Below, piece after piece: positions 19,609 through 28,487 of a stretch of DNA of 59,966 nucleotides. The notes beneath the pieces are model-generated. The model had not been told where the DNA came from and searched no databases. It worked only from the letters and a program-made list of their open reading frames with translations. The translations under genes and the position numbers were made by a program. Origin of the DNA: a virus (lineage: Duplodnaviria; Caudoviricetes). Positions within the stretch are counted from its first letter, which is position 1. The number at the start of each line of letters is the position of its first letter. The DNA is taken from positions 1-59,966 of the IMG/VR virus record IMGVR_UViG_3300046000_004102; one strand, written 5' to 3'.

Positions 19609-20528
19609 TATTTAGCCTCCAGTGCTTCTATGCGAGCGTTTTGCGTGTCGATGATGGCTTTGAGTTCTTGGATTGCTTTGACTAAATAAGGGATCATATC
19701 TGAGTAACGTACAGATAGATAATCTGTTGGATCTTTTTTCTTTTGTGTAACATCAATAACTTCATCAAATTTTCCAACAAGACTCTGAGCAGAAACACCT
19801 ATACGAATACGATCTTCATCGGTATCAATATCTTTTAAATGGTAATTTATACACTCAATTCCTGCTATGTCTGACAATACAGCTCTTAGCGGCATGACAT
19901 TTGTTTTTAAACGTATGTCTGAGTATGCTCCCCAAGCTGTTGCACCACTTGCTAAACTGACTCCAGCTCCACTATTGTTTATTATTCTTATTGTTGGAGC
20001 AGCGCCAGCAAGAACGTCCATTGTCCAAAATGCTGTTCCATCAGTACCCCTTGCCCAAGCCATTTCTCCACCCTCTGCACCAGCACTTTGGGTTTTAGCT
20101 GCAAGAAACAATGCTCTTCCATCTACTACTAAATTTAATAACCCATTAGATGTTACTGTAGTATTAATCCCCACGTTGCCTGAGGAGTCGATGCGCATGC
20201 GTTCTGTGCCAGAGGTATATAACTTTGTTGCTGTTGCTTCTTGGTTGTTAATAATTACATCATTAGATGTATCATATCCAAATAAAACACCATCTGTTGC
20301 AGTAGTTCCAGTAGAGTTATTAGTTATTTGTAATTGACCACTATTTGTTGAACCATATTGAATTTGTAATTGTTTATTTGGACTACTCGTCCCAATCCCC
20401 ACGTTTTGCGAGGCATCTATAGTTAGTGCGGTTGTGCCACCTGTTTGAAGGGCTAAGACACCTGAAGCATCGCCTGAAGCATCGATACCACCTACGCCTG
20501 TTGTTTTTGCATTTATTGTAGAAGCCAT
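19608..20528 (-). CDS. Tail fibre with intramolecular chaperone autoprocessing (peptidase S74) domain
   Basis: ID.S.NVGIG repeats; YSDIRLKTNV cleavage motif; C-terminal LVKAIQEL coiled coil. Confidence 0.85.
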   Translation of the reverse strand: MASTINAKTTGVGGIDASGDASGVLALQTGGTTALTIDASQNVGIGTSSPNKQLQIQYGSTNSGQLQITNNSTGTTATDGVLFGYDTSNDVIINNQEATATKLYTSGTERMRIDSSGNVGINTTVTSNGLLNLVVDGRALFLAAKTQSAGAEGGEMAWARGTDGTAFWTMDVLAGAAPTIRIINNSGAGVSLASGATAWGAYSDIRLKTNVMPLRAVLSDIAGIECINYHLKDIDTDEDRIRIGVSAQSLVGKFDEVIDVTQKKKDPTDYLSVRYSDMIPYLVKAIQELKAIIDTQNARIEALEAK

Positions 20529-20529
20529 A

Positions 20530-21903
20530 CTATAAAATCATCCATCGTGAGCCTGAAGGAATTGTAACCACTGCACCAGAAGCCACAGTCATAGGTCCGG
20601 TCGCTGTAGCGTTATATCCAGTGGGTATTGTGTATGAAGTAGAAACTGTTTTGTTGTTTAATACTAGCCCATTTGAGGCTAATAACTCTGGAGCTGTTAC
20701 AGTAGTACTTGCGCCTATAGCCCCTGTTACTTCAAGTTTATATGTGCCTGACGGTGTATTACCAAGTCCCACGTTGCCTGAAGCATCTTTATATATCTGA
20801 TTTGTACCTATGGCGATTACGCCTGTACCGCCCGTGAGTGTGCCTGTGTAAGATATGTTGGCTGCGTTTAATGTTCCTGTGAATGTAGGTCCCGCACTTA
20901 ATACATTGCTTCCAGTTCCAGTGCTTGTAGTGACACCTGTTCCTCCTGCTAACACAGGTAGAGTACCTGCAGCTAAAGCTGATGCTGATGTTGAATATAT
21001 AGCGTTATTGGCTGTGGTAAATGTTGTTAATCCTGTACCACCATAAGTAGTACCAATAGTTGTACCATTCCAAGCGCCATTGGTAATAAGAGTTGAACCG
21101 CCTAAATTTAAACTGTTAGTTCCCCAGTTAACTTCCGCTGGGATCATACCAAATCTACCCCATTCACCACCGACAGTACCGTTAGCTTCAAGAAATACTG
21201 TTGAGTACCCACCAGCAGCGACTACATCTACAGTGGCTCCAGCATTATCAGTAACAGTTAAATTGCCAGTAGAGTCATTATCAAATACCCAAGTAGAACC
21301 CGTGGGCAATAAAGTGGCATCGGGGAGTTTGTATGTTTGAGTTGTAGTGCCTGTAAGAACTTGAAAATGAGACGAAGCTGCTGTTAAAGTTGTAATTGTC
21401 GCACTTGAAACTGTTTTAGCCAGCTCTTGAGTAACGCTATTAACAACTATATTCTCGTCAGCATCACGTAATACAACAGAGTTTGCCCCCGTAGACGTAG
21501 TAACGCCTGTACCACCATATGCAACGCCAACAGTAGATCCTTGCCAAGTTCCAGAAGCAATAGTGCCTAATGCGCTTACGTTTCCAGAAGCATCAAGATT
21601 TACAGACTTAGTTGCAGGGTAGCTTACAAATAAATTGACACCTCCGGGAAAGGTAACAGCACTACCAGCATTACTAGACGCTGAGATCGTTGTACGGGCT
21701 ACTAAGTTTCCAGCAGTTGCGTAAGTACCTAAACCACATTCCCAATTTCCAACAGTATCTGCGGCTGTATAATAGGTTGTATTAGCATTGCCTATAGCAG
21801 TGCCAAATGTTTGAAACCCTGTAACAGCCCCATTGCATGTAAAACTTACCGTTGTATTAGGAGTCGCTGTTTCCTGAACGCGATCTTTTAGGACTAAAGC
21901 CAT
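20530..21903 (-). CDS. Tail fibre/structural protein
   Basis: MALVLKDRVQET N-terminus; repeated YGGTG motifs; Thr/Gly-rich. Confidence 0.65.
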   Translation of the reverse strand: MALVLKDRVQETATPNTTVSFTCNGAVTGFQTFGTAIGNANTTYYTAADTVGNWECGLGTYATAGNLVARTTISASSNAGSAVTFPGGVNLFVSYPATKSVNLDASGNVSALGTIASGTWQGSTVGVAYGGTGVTTSTGANSVVLRDADENIVVNSVTQELAKTVSSATITTLTAASSHFQVLTGTTTQTYKLPDATLLPTGSTWVFDNDSTGNLTVTDNAGATVDVVAAGGYSTVFLEANGTVGGEWGRFGMIPAEVNWGTNSLNLGGSTLITNGAWNGTTIGTTYGGTGLTTFTTANNAIYSTSASALAAGTLPVLAGGTGVTTSTGTGSNVLSAGPTFTGTLNAANISYTGTLTGGTGVIAIGTNQIYKDASGNVGLGNTPSGTYKLEVTGAIGASTTVTAPELLASNGLVLNNKTVSTSYTIPTGYNATATGPMTVASGAVVTIPSGSRWMIL

Positions 21904-21919
21904 TTAAGACCCCTTATAT

Positions 21920-22525
21920 CTAACTGGTACAAGTAGTTGAATAAGTAACGCTGACTGTATCGCCAACAGTTGTAATCTTAGCTGTAGCAAATGCACCTGC
22001 GCTATATAAAGTACCTGCAGTGCTAGATTGAGTACTTACTGCACCAGAACCTGTAACCAAGAAGCAGCCAGCCACTGTACCACCAGCACCTGTAATAGTG
22101 TACGTAATAGCTGTAGCCAATGAAGTAGTCACGTTAGCTGGGCTCAAACCTGTTGAAGAAGCTGCACCAAATACTGCTGTACCTCTAACTGCTGAACCGC
22201 CAACTGTATAGTTAGTAAACTCAGTCCAACCTGCATGTGATGTCATAGTATCAGCAGCAAGAAAAGTAGGTGAGCTATTAATAAGACCAAGAAAAGGCCC
22301 TACAGTAGTGTATGTAGTAGTTGTACGTAATAGAGTATTTAATAGTAACTCTTTACCAATAGAGTTAACCAAGTTAGGAAATGACTCTTCCCATTTTAAA
22401 TTACCATCTTTATCACGGCATTCAACATGATAGTATCCTTCAATACCTACAGACTCGCCATTGACCGCATTAGCTTGGTAACTAATCTCTGATACATCGC
22501 CAAAACCCTGAATTTCTTTAAGCAT
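21920..22525 (-). CDS. Virion structural protein
   Basis: G..KWEE...NLV...G...LL pattern; Thr/Gly-rich; in tail module. Confidence 0.55.
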   Translation of the reverse strand: MLKEIQGFGDVSEISYQANAVNGESVGIEGYYHVECRDKDGNLKWEESFPNLVNSIGKELLLNTLLRTTTTYTTVGPFLGLINSSPTFLAADTMTSHAGWTEFTNYTVGGSAVRGTAVFGAASSTGLSPANVTTSLATAITYTITGAGGTVAGCFLVTGSGAVSTQSSTAGTLYSAGAFATAKITTVGDTVSVTYSTTCTS

Positions 22526-22555
22526 GATAGCTCCTAATTTGTTTTATGTTATACC

Positions 22556-22975
22556 CTAAGAATTTCTAATCACAGCAGTTGTTGCTGTAGCGGGTGGAAA
22601 AGTTACTGTAAATGTACCTGATGCAGTCTTATCAGAACCAAAGTCTAAAACAGCTACAGCAGCATTAGTTGTACTATTATATATCAAAGCACCACGGCAT
22701 AGAAAATTAGATGTAAGCCATGAGATATTATCAAAAGATACATATGCTGTAGAACCTGAACTTGCAGGAGGTATAATAGTTAATACCTTTCCTCCAGCTG
22801 TATAGCCTGCACCTACAACTTCATTACCTGTAGTATATACCAATGTGTCTGCATTAAGATTTGCATTAGCCGTGTATAAGGCTATTTTATATACATAGGG
22901 TGTACCTACAGCAAAGTTTTCTAGACCTTTGTATTGGTTTAATTTGAATACGGTGCATTGTCCTTGAACTATCAT
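22556..22975 (-). CDS. Virion structural protein
   Basis: KIALYT, GYTAGG, RGALIYN, VLDFG.DKT motifs. Confidence 0.6.
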   Translation of the reverse strand: MIVQGQCTVFKLNQYKGLENFAVGTPYVYKIALYTANANLNADTLVYTTGNEVVGAGYTAGGKVLTIIPPASSGSTAYVSFDNISWLTSNFLCRGALIYNSTTNAAVAVLDFGSDKTASGTFTVTFPPATATTAVIRNS

Positions 22976-23526
22976 AAAGACACCTCAAATTTATTACCTT
23001 TTACTATATTTTCAATAGCAGGTATGACTTGCATATTAAAAGGCGTATGCAATCCACTAACAAGTTCACCTTGTAAAGGTATAATATGATCTACATGCCA
23101 CTTTACACCTGTCAACTTTGTACGCAATAAGGCTAACGCATGTATTTCTCGGAGCATCCATTTGTCTGTTTCAGTAGTCCAAGAAGGGATCCTTTGTAGT
23201 TTACAAGCTCGTCTTTTAGCAGTTAGAGAATTTATATTATCTATATTTTTTAATTTGGTTCGCTTAGTAGTAATGGCAACTTTGTCCTTATTGTTTTCTC
23301 GCCATATTGCTTGAGTTGCCTGTATTTTTTTTCTATTCTTTTCTCGATATACCTTATCGCTTTTTACCTTATGTTCTTTTTCTTTTAACCCCATCTGTAT
23401 AGCTAATTTTTTATCTTCATAATAACATTGATTGCATTTAGATAACCTATGTTGCGATTTAGATTTTTTCATAAGCCTAAATAATTCATCAGGTTTTTCC
23501 ACAAAGCATTGTCTACATATTTTCAT
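22972..23526 (-). CDS. HNH homing endonuclease with N-terminal CxxC...CxxC finger
   Basis: CRQC...CNQC; WHVDHIIPLQGELVSGLHTPFNMQVIPAIEN. Confidence 0.85.
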   Translation of the reverse strand: MKICRQCFVEKPDELFRLMKKSKSQHRLSKCNQCYYEDKKLAIQMGLKEKEHKVKSDKVYREKNRKKIQATQAIWRENNKDKVAITTKRTKLKNIDNINSLTAKRRACKLQRIPSWTTETDKWMLREIHALALLRTKLTGVKWHVDHIIPLQGELVSGLHTPFNMQVIPAIENIVKGNKFEVSL

Positions 23527-24191
23527 AGGGTATTATATTGTAGTTTAGTTTGATTGTTTCTATACGAGTCGCCTTTCTCCAGTCCGTCACCTAAACGTTT
23601 CAACTGCGCTAAGGCTTCTTGATACTTTTGCTCATAATACCCGACCATATCTGCTTCGCCTTTCATAAAGATCATAGCTTCACGCATAGCACCGTAGAAC
23701 AATACAGGATCATAGTTATCACCTAACCAGCTAGTACCAGATGCTGATGTACTTATAGACTCAGGCATATAGTAATAATGTAATTCTACAGTATAGTTAT
23801 CGTCAGGTGTTGGAACTAACATTAATGAAAGCTCTGTAGGGTAAGTTAACTGTGGGCCAAATATTGCGTAGTACTTAGGTAGGCCTGTAGCACTTGGATT
23901 AGGATATGCCTCACGAATAAAACTTACATCTTTATCAATAAGATAATTATACGAACCTGAAGCATTGATTGCCGCAAGTGAGTACACAGCCATAAAGTCA
24001 TTAGGGCAAGACAGATAAGGATTACTACTTGTTACATTACCTGTTACGTTTTTTCTAAGTACTGGAATCTGTACACTGTTGTATATACGGAGTTCTGCCT
24101 CTTGCACAAACAAGGGAATATTAGAGACAAACAGTTGCTCAGTATTCTCAGAATACGCTTGTATAGCTTGAACTAACGCAGCATAATTCAT
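23523..24191 (-). CDS. Head-tail adaptor-like protein
   Basis: F...AE.RI, G.PKYYA, PTPD..Y.VELHYY, W.GDN motifs. Confidence 0.6.
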   Translation of the reverse strand: MNYAALVQAIQAYSENTEQLFVSNIPLFVQEAELRIYNSVQIPVLRKNVTGNVTSSNPYLSCPNDFMAVYSLAAINASGSYNYLIDKDVSFIREAYPNPSATGLPKYYAIFGPQLTYPTELSLMLVPTPDDNYTVELHYYYMPESISTSASGTSWLGDNYDPVLFYGAMREAMIFMKGEADMVGYYEQKYQEALAQLKRLGDGLEKGDSYRNNQTKLQYNTL

Positions 24192-24194
24192 TGC

Positions 24195-24356
24195 TTATGC
24201 CATTGGACCGCGAGCTTGAGTGCCTTTTGTAGCAGCACCTGTGCCTCGTATTTTAATCCCAGAGGTTTTTACATCTTTTACAGGAGTTCCTGCACTGGGT
24301 ACATCAGGTACTTTTACTGGTTTAATTTGTGGATATTTGTCAGATAAAATGCTCAT
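24195..24356 (-). CDS. Small basic protein (RGxGAATKG motif)
   Basis: Manual translation MSILSDKYPQIKPVKVPDVPSAGTPVKDVKTSGIKIRGTGAATKGTQARGPMA. Confidence 0.7.
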   Translation of the reverse strand: MSILSDKYPQIKPVKVPDVPSAGTPVKDVKTSGIKIRGTGAATKGTQARGPMA

Positions 24357-24364
24357 ATTAATCT

Positions 24365-24748
24365 CTATGTTGTAGTTACTGAACTAACTTGCCCTATTGC
24401 AACTAAGGCATTAGGGGTTAAAACTGCGTCAAACTGTGAAGCTCCACCTACTGGCGCCCAGCCCCATTCGAATATTCTAGACCCACCAGAAGGTAGGTTG
24501 TTTATGTCTAGCCCAGATACTTGATAACTTGTATCCCTACGTGGATTACGTAAAGCCTGTGGATCACTAATTGGGTACATACCTAACTGCAACTGCGGCT
24601 GATCTGGGGACCAACAAGTAGCACAAGCAAGGATGTTTGTAATCTTAGTCTTTATAGTTAATGGGCGCAATGTTTTAAGCAAATACTCCATACCACAAAC
24701 ATCGCAGGTTCCTAATGCTATTTTACCTAAAGCATACTTAGAGCTCAT
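24365..24748 (-). CDS. Conserved phage morphogenesis protein with CxxC pairs
   Basis: CDVCG...CATCW..DQPQL.LG...DPQALRNPR. Confidence 0.65.
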   Translation of the reverse strand: MSSKYALGKIALGTCDVCGMEYLLKTLRPLTIKTKITNILACATCWSPDQPQLQLGMYPISDPQALRNPRRDTSYQVSGLDINNLPSGGSRIFEWGWAPVGGASQFDAVLTPNALVAIGQVSSVTTT

Positions 24749-25235
24749 ATGTATTTCCCTTTTTTATATTTTCAATAGCAGGTATGACTTGCATATTAAA
24801 AGGGGTATGTAACCCACTAACAAGTTCACCCTGCAAAGGGATTATATGATCTACATGCCATTTTACACCTGTTAATTTTGTACGTAGTGTGGCTAACTCA
24901 TATATCTCTTTCATCATCCATACATCTAATTCTGAAGTCCATTTTGGAGTGCGATTAATTTTATTTACTTTTCGCATTTTTGATAGGGCGTTTACTTTAC
25001 CTTTGTTATTTTCCCTGTATTCTTTTTTTGTAGCCAAATGTTTAACTACATTTTTTAAATAGTTTGCTCTTTTTTGAGCTTTAACTTTTTCAGCATTATC
25101 TATATTATACTGCTTTTTTTGAGCTAGTATTTTATCCTTTTTAGTAGCATAATTTTCTTTATGGTACTCACTGCTATTAGGACGTTTAGTTGCATTATAA
25201 TCTCTATAATACTTTAATTGTTCTTCTCTGGTCAT
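24738..25235 (-). CDS. HNH homing endonuclease
   Basis: WHVDHIIPLQGELVSGLHTPFNMQVIPAIEN; basic helical N-terminus. Confidence 0.85.
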   Translation of the reverse strand: MTREEQLKYYRDYNATKRPNSSEYHKENYATKKDKILAQKKQYNIDNAEKVKAQKRANYLKNVVKHLATKKEYRENNKGKVNALSKMRKVNKINRTPKWTSELDVWMMKEIYELATLRTKLTGVKWHVDHIIPLQGELVSGLHTPFNMQVIPAIENIKKGNTYEL

Positions 25236-25948
25236 CGGCTAAATGACATCCTAGGTACAACTCTTAACGGCGCTTTTTCACGATCCTCTTGCGCTGCCAA
25301 ATCAAATTGCTCATCGTAAACCATCTTTAACGCCTGCGCCCTTTGTATATCGACACCCGGCAGTTTCATAGATAAGTAATACGCCAAACCTGCAATAAGT
25401 GCGGGTAAAAACCTAAACGGTATATCTTGTGTATTAACACCATCGCCAGCATCTTGCATTCTTCTTAACCGCCAGTATACAAACGTATATTGAGAGTCTG
25501 GTGCTTGTGGCGTAGGCCATACATTAATAGTTGGACTTGCTACACCTGTAGGAGTTGTTGCTCCTGATTGTCTATTTATCCAAACTTGGATAGGTCTACC
25601 TAACGCATTCTTATTAGGGATTGTCGCATAGGTAGACTCTGAAATTCTTGATATAGTTATATCGGATTGATTTTGACCTGAACCTGTGCGTATAACTTGG
25701 TCTAATAGGTCAATAGTATCAACAGGCAGTGTGTATGTTGCTACCCCTGTGCTAAGAACAATTTGTCCTTGCTCTACAGTCCAAAGATTTATACCTTTTG
25801 ATGCCCATTCTATCAACAGTAGATTGAGAGACCGTCTGGCTGTTTTAAAATCGTAGCCCGATCTCAATTCTGAACCGCATCTTTCAAAAGCGTCCTCGAT
25901 AATTTCACTAAGGTCAAGATTAAATAGTGCGGTTCCAGTAGTGGTCAT
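25232..25948 (-). CDS. Tail tubular A / adaptor-like protein
   Basis: AFERCG...GYD..TARRSLNL...EW..G.NLW, IPNK..GRP.Q, PFRFLP...GLAYY. Confidence 0.65.
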   Translation of the reverse strand: MTTTGTALFNLDLSEIIEDAFERCGSELRSGYDFKTARRSLNLLLIEWASKGINLWTVEQGQIVLSTGVATYTLPVDTIDLLDQVIRTGSGQNQSDITISRISESTYATIPNKNALGRPIQVWINRQSGATTPTGVASPTINVWPTPQAPDSQYTFVYWRLRRMQDAGDGVNTQDIPFRFLPALIAGLAYYLSMKLPGVDIQRAQALKMVYDEQFDLAAQEDREKAPLRVVPRMSFSR

Positions 25949-26106
25949 TTTTTAGCTCTTTTGTTTTTGGTAAGAGGAGGGAAGCTTTTTATCACTCCCC
26001 CTTTCTTGTACTCATCTACAGAATTAGGATCATCCTTACGAATGATCTTTTTACCTTTAGGCATTTTGCTTGGGTTAATATCGCCCATACCCCGTGAAGC
26101 TTTCAT
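25945..26106 (-). CDS. Small basic protein (RGMG and YKKGG motifs)
   Basis: Manual translation MKASRGMGDINPSKMPKGKKIIRKDDPNSVDEYKKGGVIKSFPPLTKNKRAKK; overlaps both neighbours. Confidence 0.7.
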   Translation of the reverse strand: MKASRGMGDINPSKMPKGKKIIRKDDPNSVDEYKKGGVIKSFPPLTKNKRAKK

Positions 26107-26600
26107 TAGACAAAACGACCACGAGTTTTACCACGTTGAGCACAGCCATCAGCTCTAGATGAAGCTGAAGACTTAACAGAGCCGCCTGATTTATAACACG
26201 AAGTTTTAGTTTTAGCTTTAACAGATCCGCCTTTTTTCATACCTTCATTATCTTTAAAAGCGCCTTTTTTTGCAAAATAGTCTCTATTTGCGTCAATTCG
26301 TTTTTGTCTATCAGCATCTTCAGTATTTGGAACCAATGCTTTAGTTATGCGTCTAGCTTGTTCTGCATCACTTAAATTAGTATCATACTTAGGTGTTGAT
26401 TTTTTAGCAGGAACTAATGCTTTAGTTATGCGTCTAGCTTGTTCTGCATCACTTAAATTAGTATCATACTTAGGTGTTGATTTTTTAGAAGCTGCTACAG
26501 ATTCGCCAGCAAGGATATCATTCTCTTCATCAGATACAGTGGGCATATCTTCCCATTTAATCTTTGGATCACTTGGTTTATTGTAATATTTAGTAGCCAT
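26106..26600 (-). CDS. Basic core-like protein with internal duplication
   Basis: MKKGG, YKSGG, RADGCAQRGKTRG motifs. Confidence 0.7.
   Translation of the reverse strand: MATKYYNKPSDPKIKWEDMPTVSDEENDILAGESVAASKKSTPKYDTNLSDAEQARRITKALVPAKKSTPKYDTNLSDAEQARRITKALVPNTEDADRQKRIDANRDYFAKKGAFKDNEGMKKGGSVKAKTKTSCYKSGGSVKSSASSRADGCAQRGKTRGRFV
26329..26488. repeat. 81-bp-period near-perfect in-frame tandem duplication
   Basis: KKSTPKYDTNLSDAEQARRITKALVP encoded twice. Confidence 0.9.
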
Positions 26601-26986
26601 TATACAAATTTCCCTTTAGTTTTACCTTTAGTAGCACAGCCATCAGCAGCTTTTACAAATCCGCCAGCTCTATAACATTTGCCGCCAGCTTTCATCTTTT
26701 TGGTATCTTCCATCTTCTCACCTTTAGCATATTGCATAGGAGTGATTTTACCAGATTTAATAGCTTTAGCTTCTTTAAGCTCTTCGCCTTTAGTATCTTT
26801 ACCTTTAAACAGTTTCTTTAGATCGGGTTTTTTAGCCATTTTACCGCCCTCGTTAAATTTTTTGCCTTTGTCGGCTTGATTAAATTCTTTAGCTACTTTT
26901 GCAGGGATACCAACTTTTTTAGCAAAGGCTGGGTTATGCGCGGCAGCTGCCATTAGATTTCTTTGAGCTTTTGATTTACTTGGCAC
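26600..26986 (-). CDS. Basic core-like protein
   Basis: MPSKSKAQ..LMAAAAHNP.FAKKVGIP; FNEGG, MKAGG, YRAGG, ADGCATKGKTKG. Confidence 0.7.
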   Translation of the reverse strand: MPSKSKAQRNLMAAAAHNPAFAKKVGIPAKVAKEFNQADKGKKFNEGGKMAKKPDLKKLFKGKDTKGEELKEAKAIKSGKITPMQYAKGEKMEDTKKMKAGGKCYRAGGFVKAADGCATKGKTKGKFV

Positions 26987-27242
26987 CGCAGTTCCACCTT
27001 TTTAGTGATGCGGCTTTACGTGTAGGTTTACCGTTCTCATCTTTCATAGGTCCCGGCATACCTGACATTCTGGCGCAAAATGATTTCTTTCTTGGCCCCC
27101 CTTGTGGTTGTGGGGCTTTAAGATTAGATCCTGTAGCTGCATTATATTTGGCTCTACCTTTTGCGGTCAAACCTGCACCTTGAGAGACCGGGAGTTTTTC
27201 ACCTCTACCAACAGCTAAATTTGGAGCTTTTTTAGTAGCCAT
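26976..27242 (-). CDS. Conserved basic phage protein (DUF6321-like)
   Basis: GLTAKGR...GSNLKAP...RKKSFCARM.G...SL..W.C. Confidence 0.65.
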   Translation of the reverse strand: MATKKAPNLAVGRGEKLPVSQGAGLTAKGRAKYNAATGSNLKAPQPQGGPRKKSFCARMSGMPGPMKDENGKPTRKAASLKRWNCGAK

Positions 27243-27246
27243 AATT

Positions 27247-27504
27247 TTAGTTCTTTATTACGTCAAATAACCAAGAAGCCGCTGCACCAACTGTTGCGCC
27301 AACTCCACCAATCATCATAAACATACGCCATCCACCTTTAGCTTCAGATAAGGTTTTACTGATTTCTTTTATGGTTTCTTTTATCTCATCCATATCTTTA
27401 ATCATTTTATCCATGTCATTCTGCAAATGTCGTATATCCGCACTGTGGGTGGCAAGCTCTCTCACCGTTTGTATTGCTGGGTCTGAGGATCTTTGATGTT
27501 CCAT
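27247..27504 (-). CDS. Coiled-coil protein with C-terminal transmembrane helix
   Basis: Heptad-rich middle, then KGGW and a hydrophobic Gly-rich helix. Confidence 0.6.
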   Translation of the reverse strand: MEHQRSSDPAIQTVRELATHSADIRHLQNDMDKMIKDMDEIKETIKEISKTLSEAKGGWRMFMMIGGVGATVGAAASWLFDVIKN

Positions 27505-27507
27505 AAC

Positions 27508-27825
27508 TTAGCCATACACAACAGTAACACCTAACGGCACTGTAGTAGTAGGTGTGTACCAAATACCATTCTCAAACAAAATCCCTTCACCCGGCATTAA
27601 CACATTTGTTACGTTTGAATTAGCACCTGTATCACATACAAGCTTACTAAGACCTACTGCAGCATTAGCAGGAGTTGCACCATCAGAAAAAGTAGCAGTA
27701 CCTGCACCTGCACCACCTGCGATAATAACGCTTTTTAACCTAACTCGTCCCGGCACCAACGATACAGCCGTGCCTGAAACTGCAGCACTGGAGTGTATCG
27801 ATTTGACGTCTGTTTGCATACTCAT
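27508..27825 (-). CDS. Virion structural protein
   Basis: MQTDVK...R.K...PGEGILF..G.Y...V.YG. Confidence 0.55.
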   Translation of the reverse strand: MSMQTDVKSIHSSAAVSGTAVSLVPGRVRLKSVIIAGGAGAGTATFSDGATPANAAVGLSKLVCDTGANSNVTNVLMPGEGILFENGIWYTPTTTVPLGVTVVYG

Positions 27826-27918
27826 AATTAATCTCCTATATGTAAAAAGTTAAGGGCTGTATTATGCATTATCGTTTAAGGCCGAGGTCGATCAACTCTG
27901 GCCCCCTTAAATTAATTA

Positions 27919-28377
27919 TTAAGCTGAAATAGGAGCTTCAGCACCAGTAGATGATTTTTGAGCATATGTAACAGTAACCCATGCAGCGCCAGTTACAGCA
28001 GAGCCAGCAGTAGTAGCTACGATAGCAACATCAGTAGTACCGATGTTTATGAACTGAAGCCATTGTTTAGTAGCTGAAGTATCGTCACGACCAGCAGTTG
28101 TAATAGTAGTAGAAGTAACGAATTTGTTAGCAGTAGTACCGTCACCAATAACAAGAGTAGTAGCTGAGTTGAATACAGTAGTTGTGTCTACTTGTATGTC
28201 AATGATTTGAGAGCCCGCAGGGAGAACCGCAACAGTAGTAGTGCCCGCAGTAGCTGGAAGAGCTGCCGCTTGTAATAAAACAACAACACCTGTGTTATCA
28301 ATATAACCCGGAACGGTGCCAGTAGTATCTTTAACAGTACCTGTACGGACTGGGCCTGAAAATGTAGTAAATGCCAT
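27919..28377 (-). CDS. Capsid decoration/cement-like protein
   Basis: MAFTTFSGPVR, LPAGSQIIDI; RBS aagga before ATG 28377. Confidence 0.55.
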   Translation of the reverse strand: MAFTTFSGPVRTGTVKDTTGTVPGYIDNTGVVVLLQAAALPATAGTTTVAVLPAGSQIIDIQVDTTTVFNSATTLVIGDGTTANKFVTSTTITTAGRDDTSATKQWLQFINIGTTDVAIVATTAGSAVTGAAWVTVTYAQKSSTGAEAPISA

Positions 28378-28487
28378 TTTAGTTTCCTTCATAGAAAGTC
28401 TAAGCCTAGTAGTCTTCTATGCGTCAGCGGGGGCTGTCTACTAAGCCGGATTATTCCCCGGTATGTTGTACTTATACTCCACTTTAT

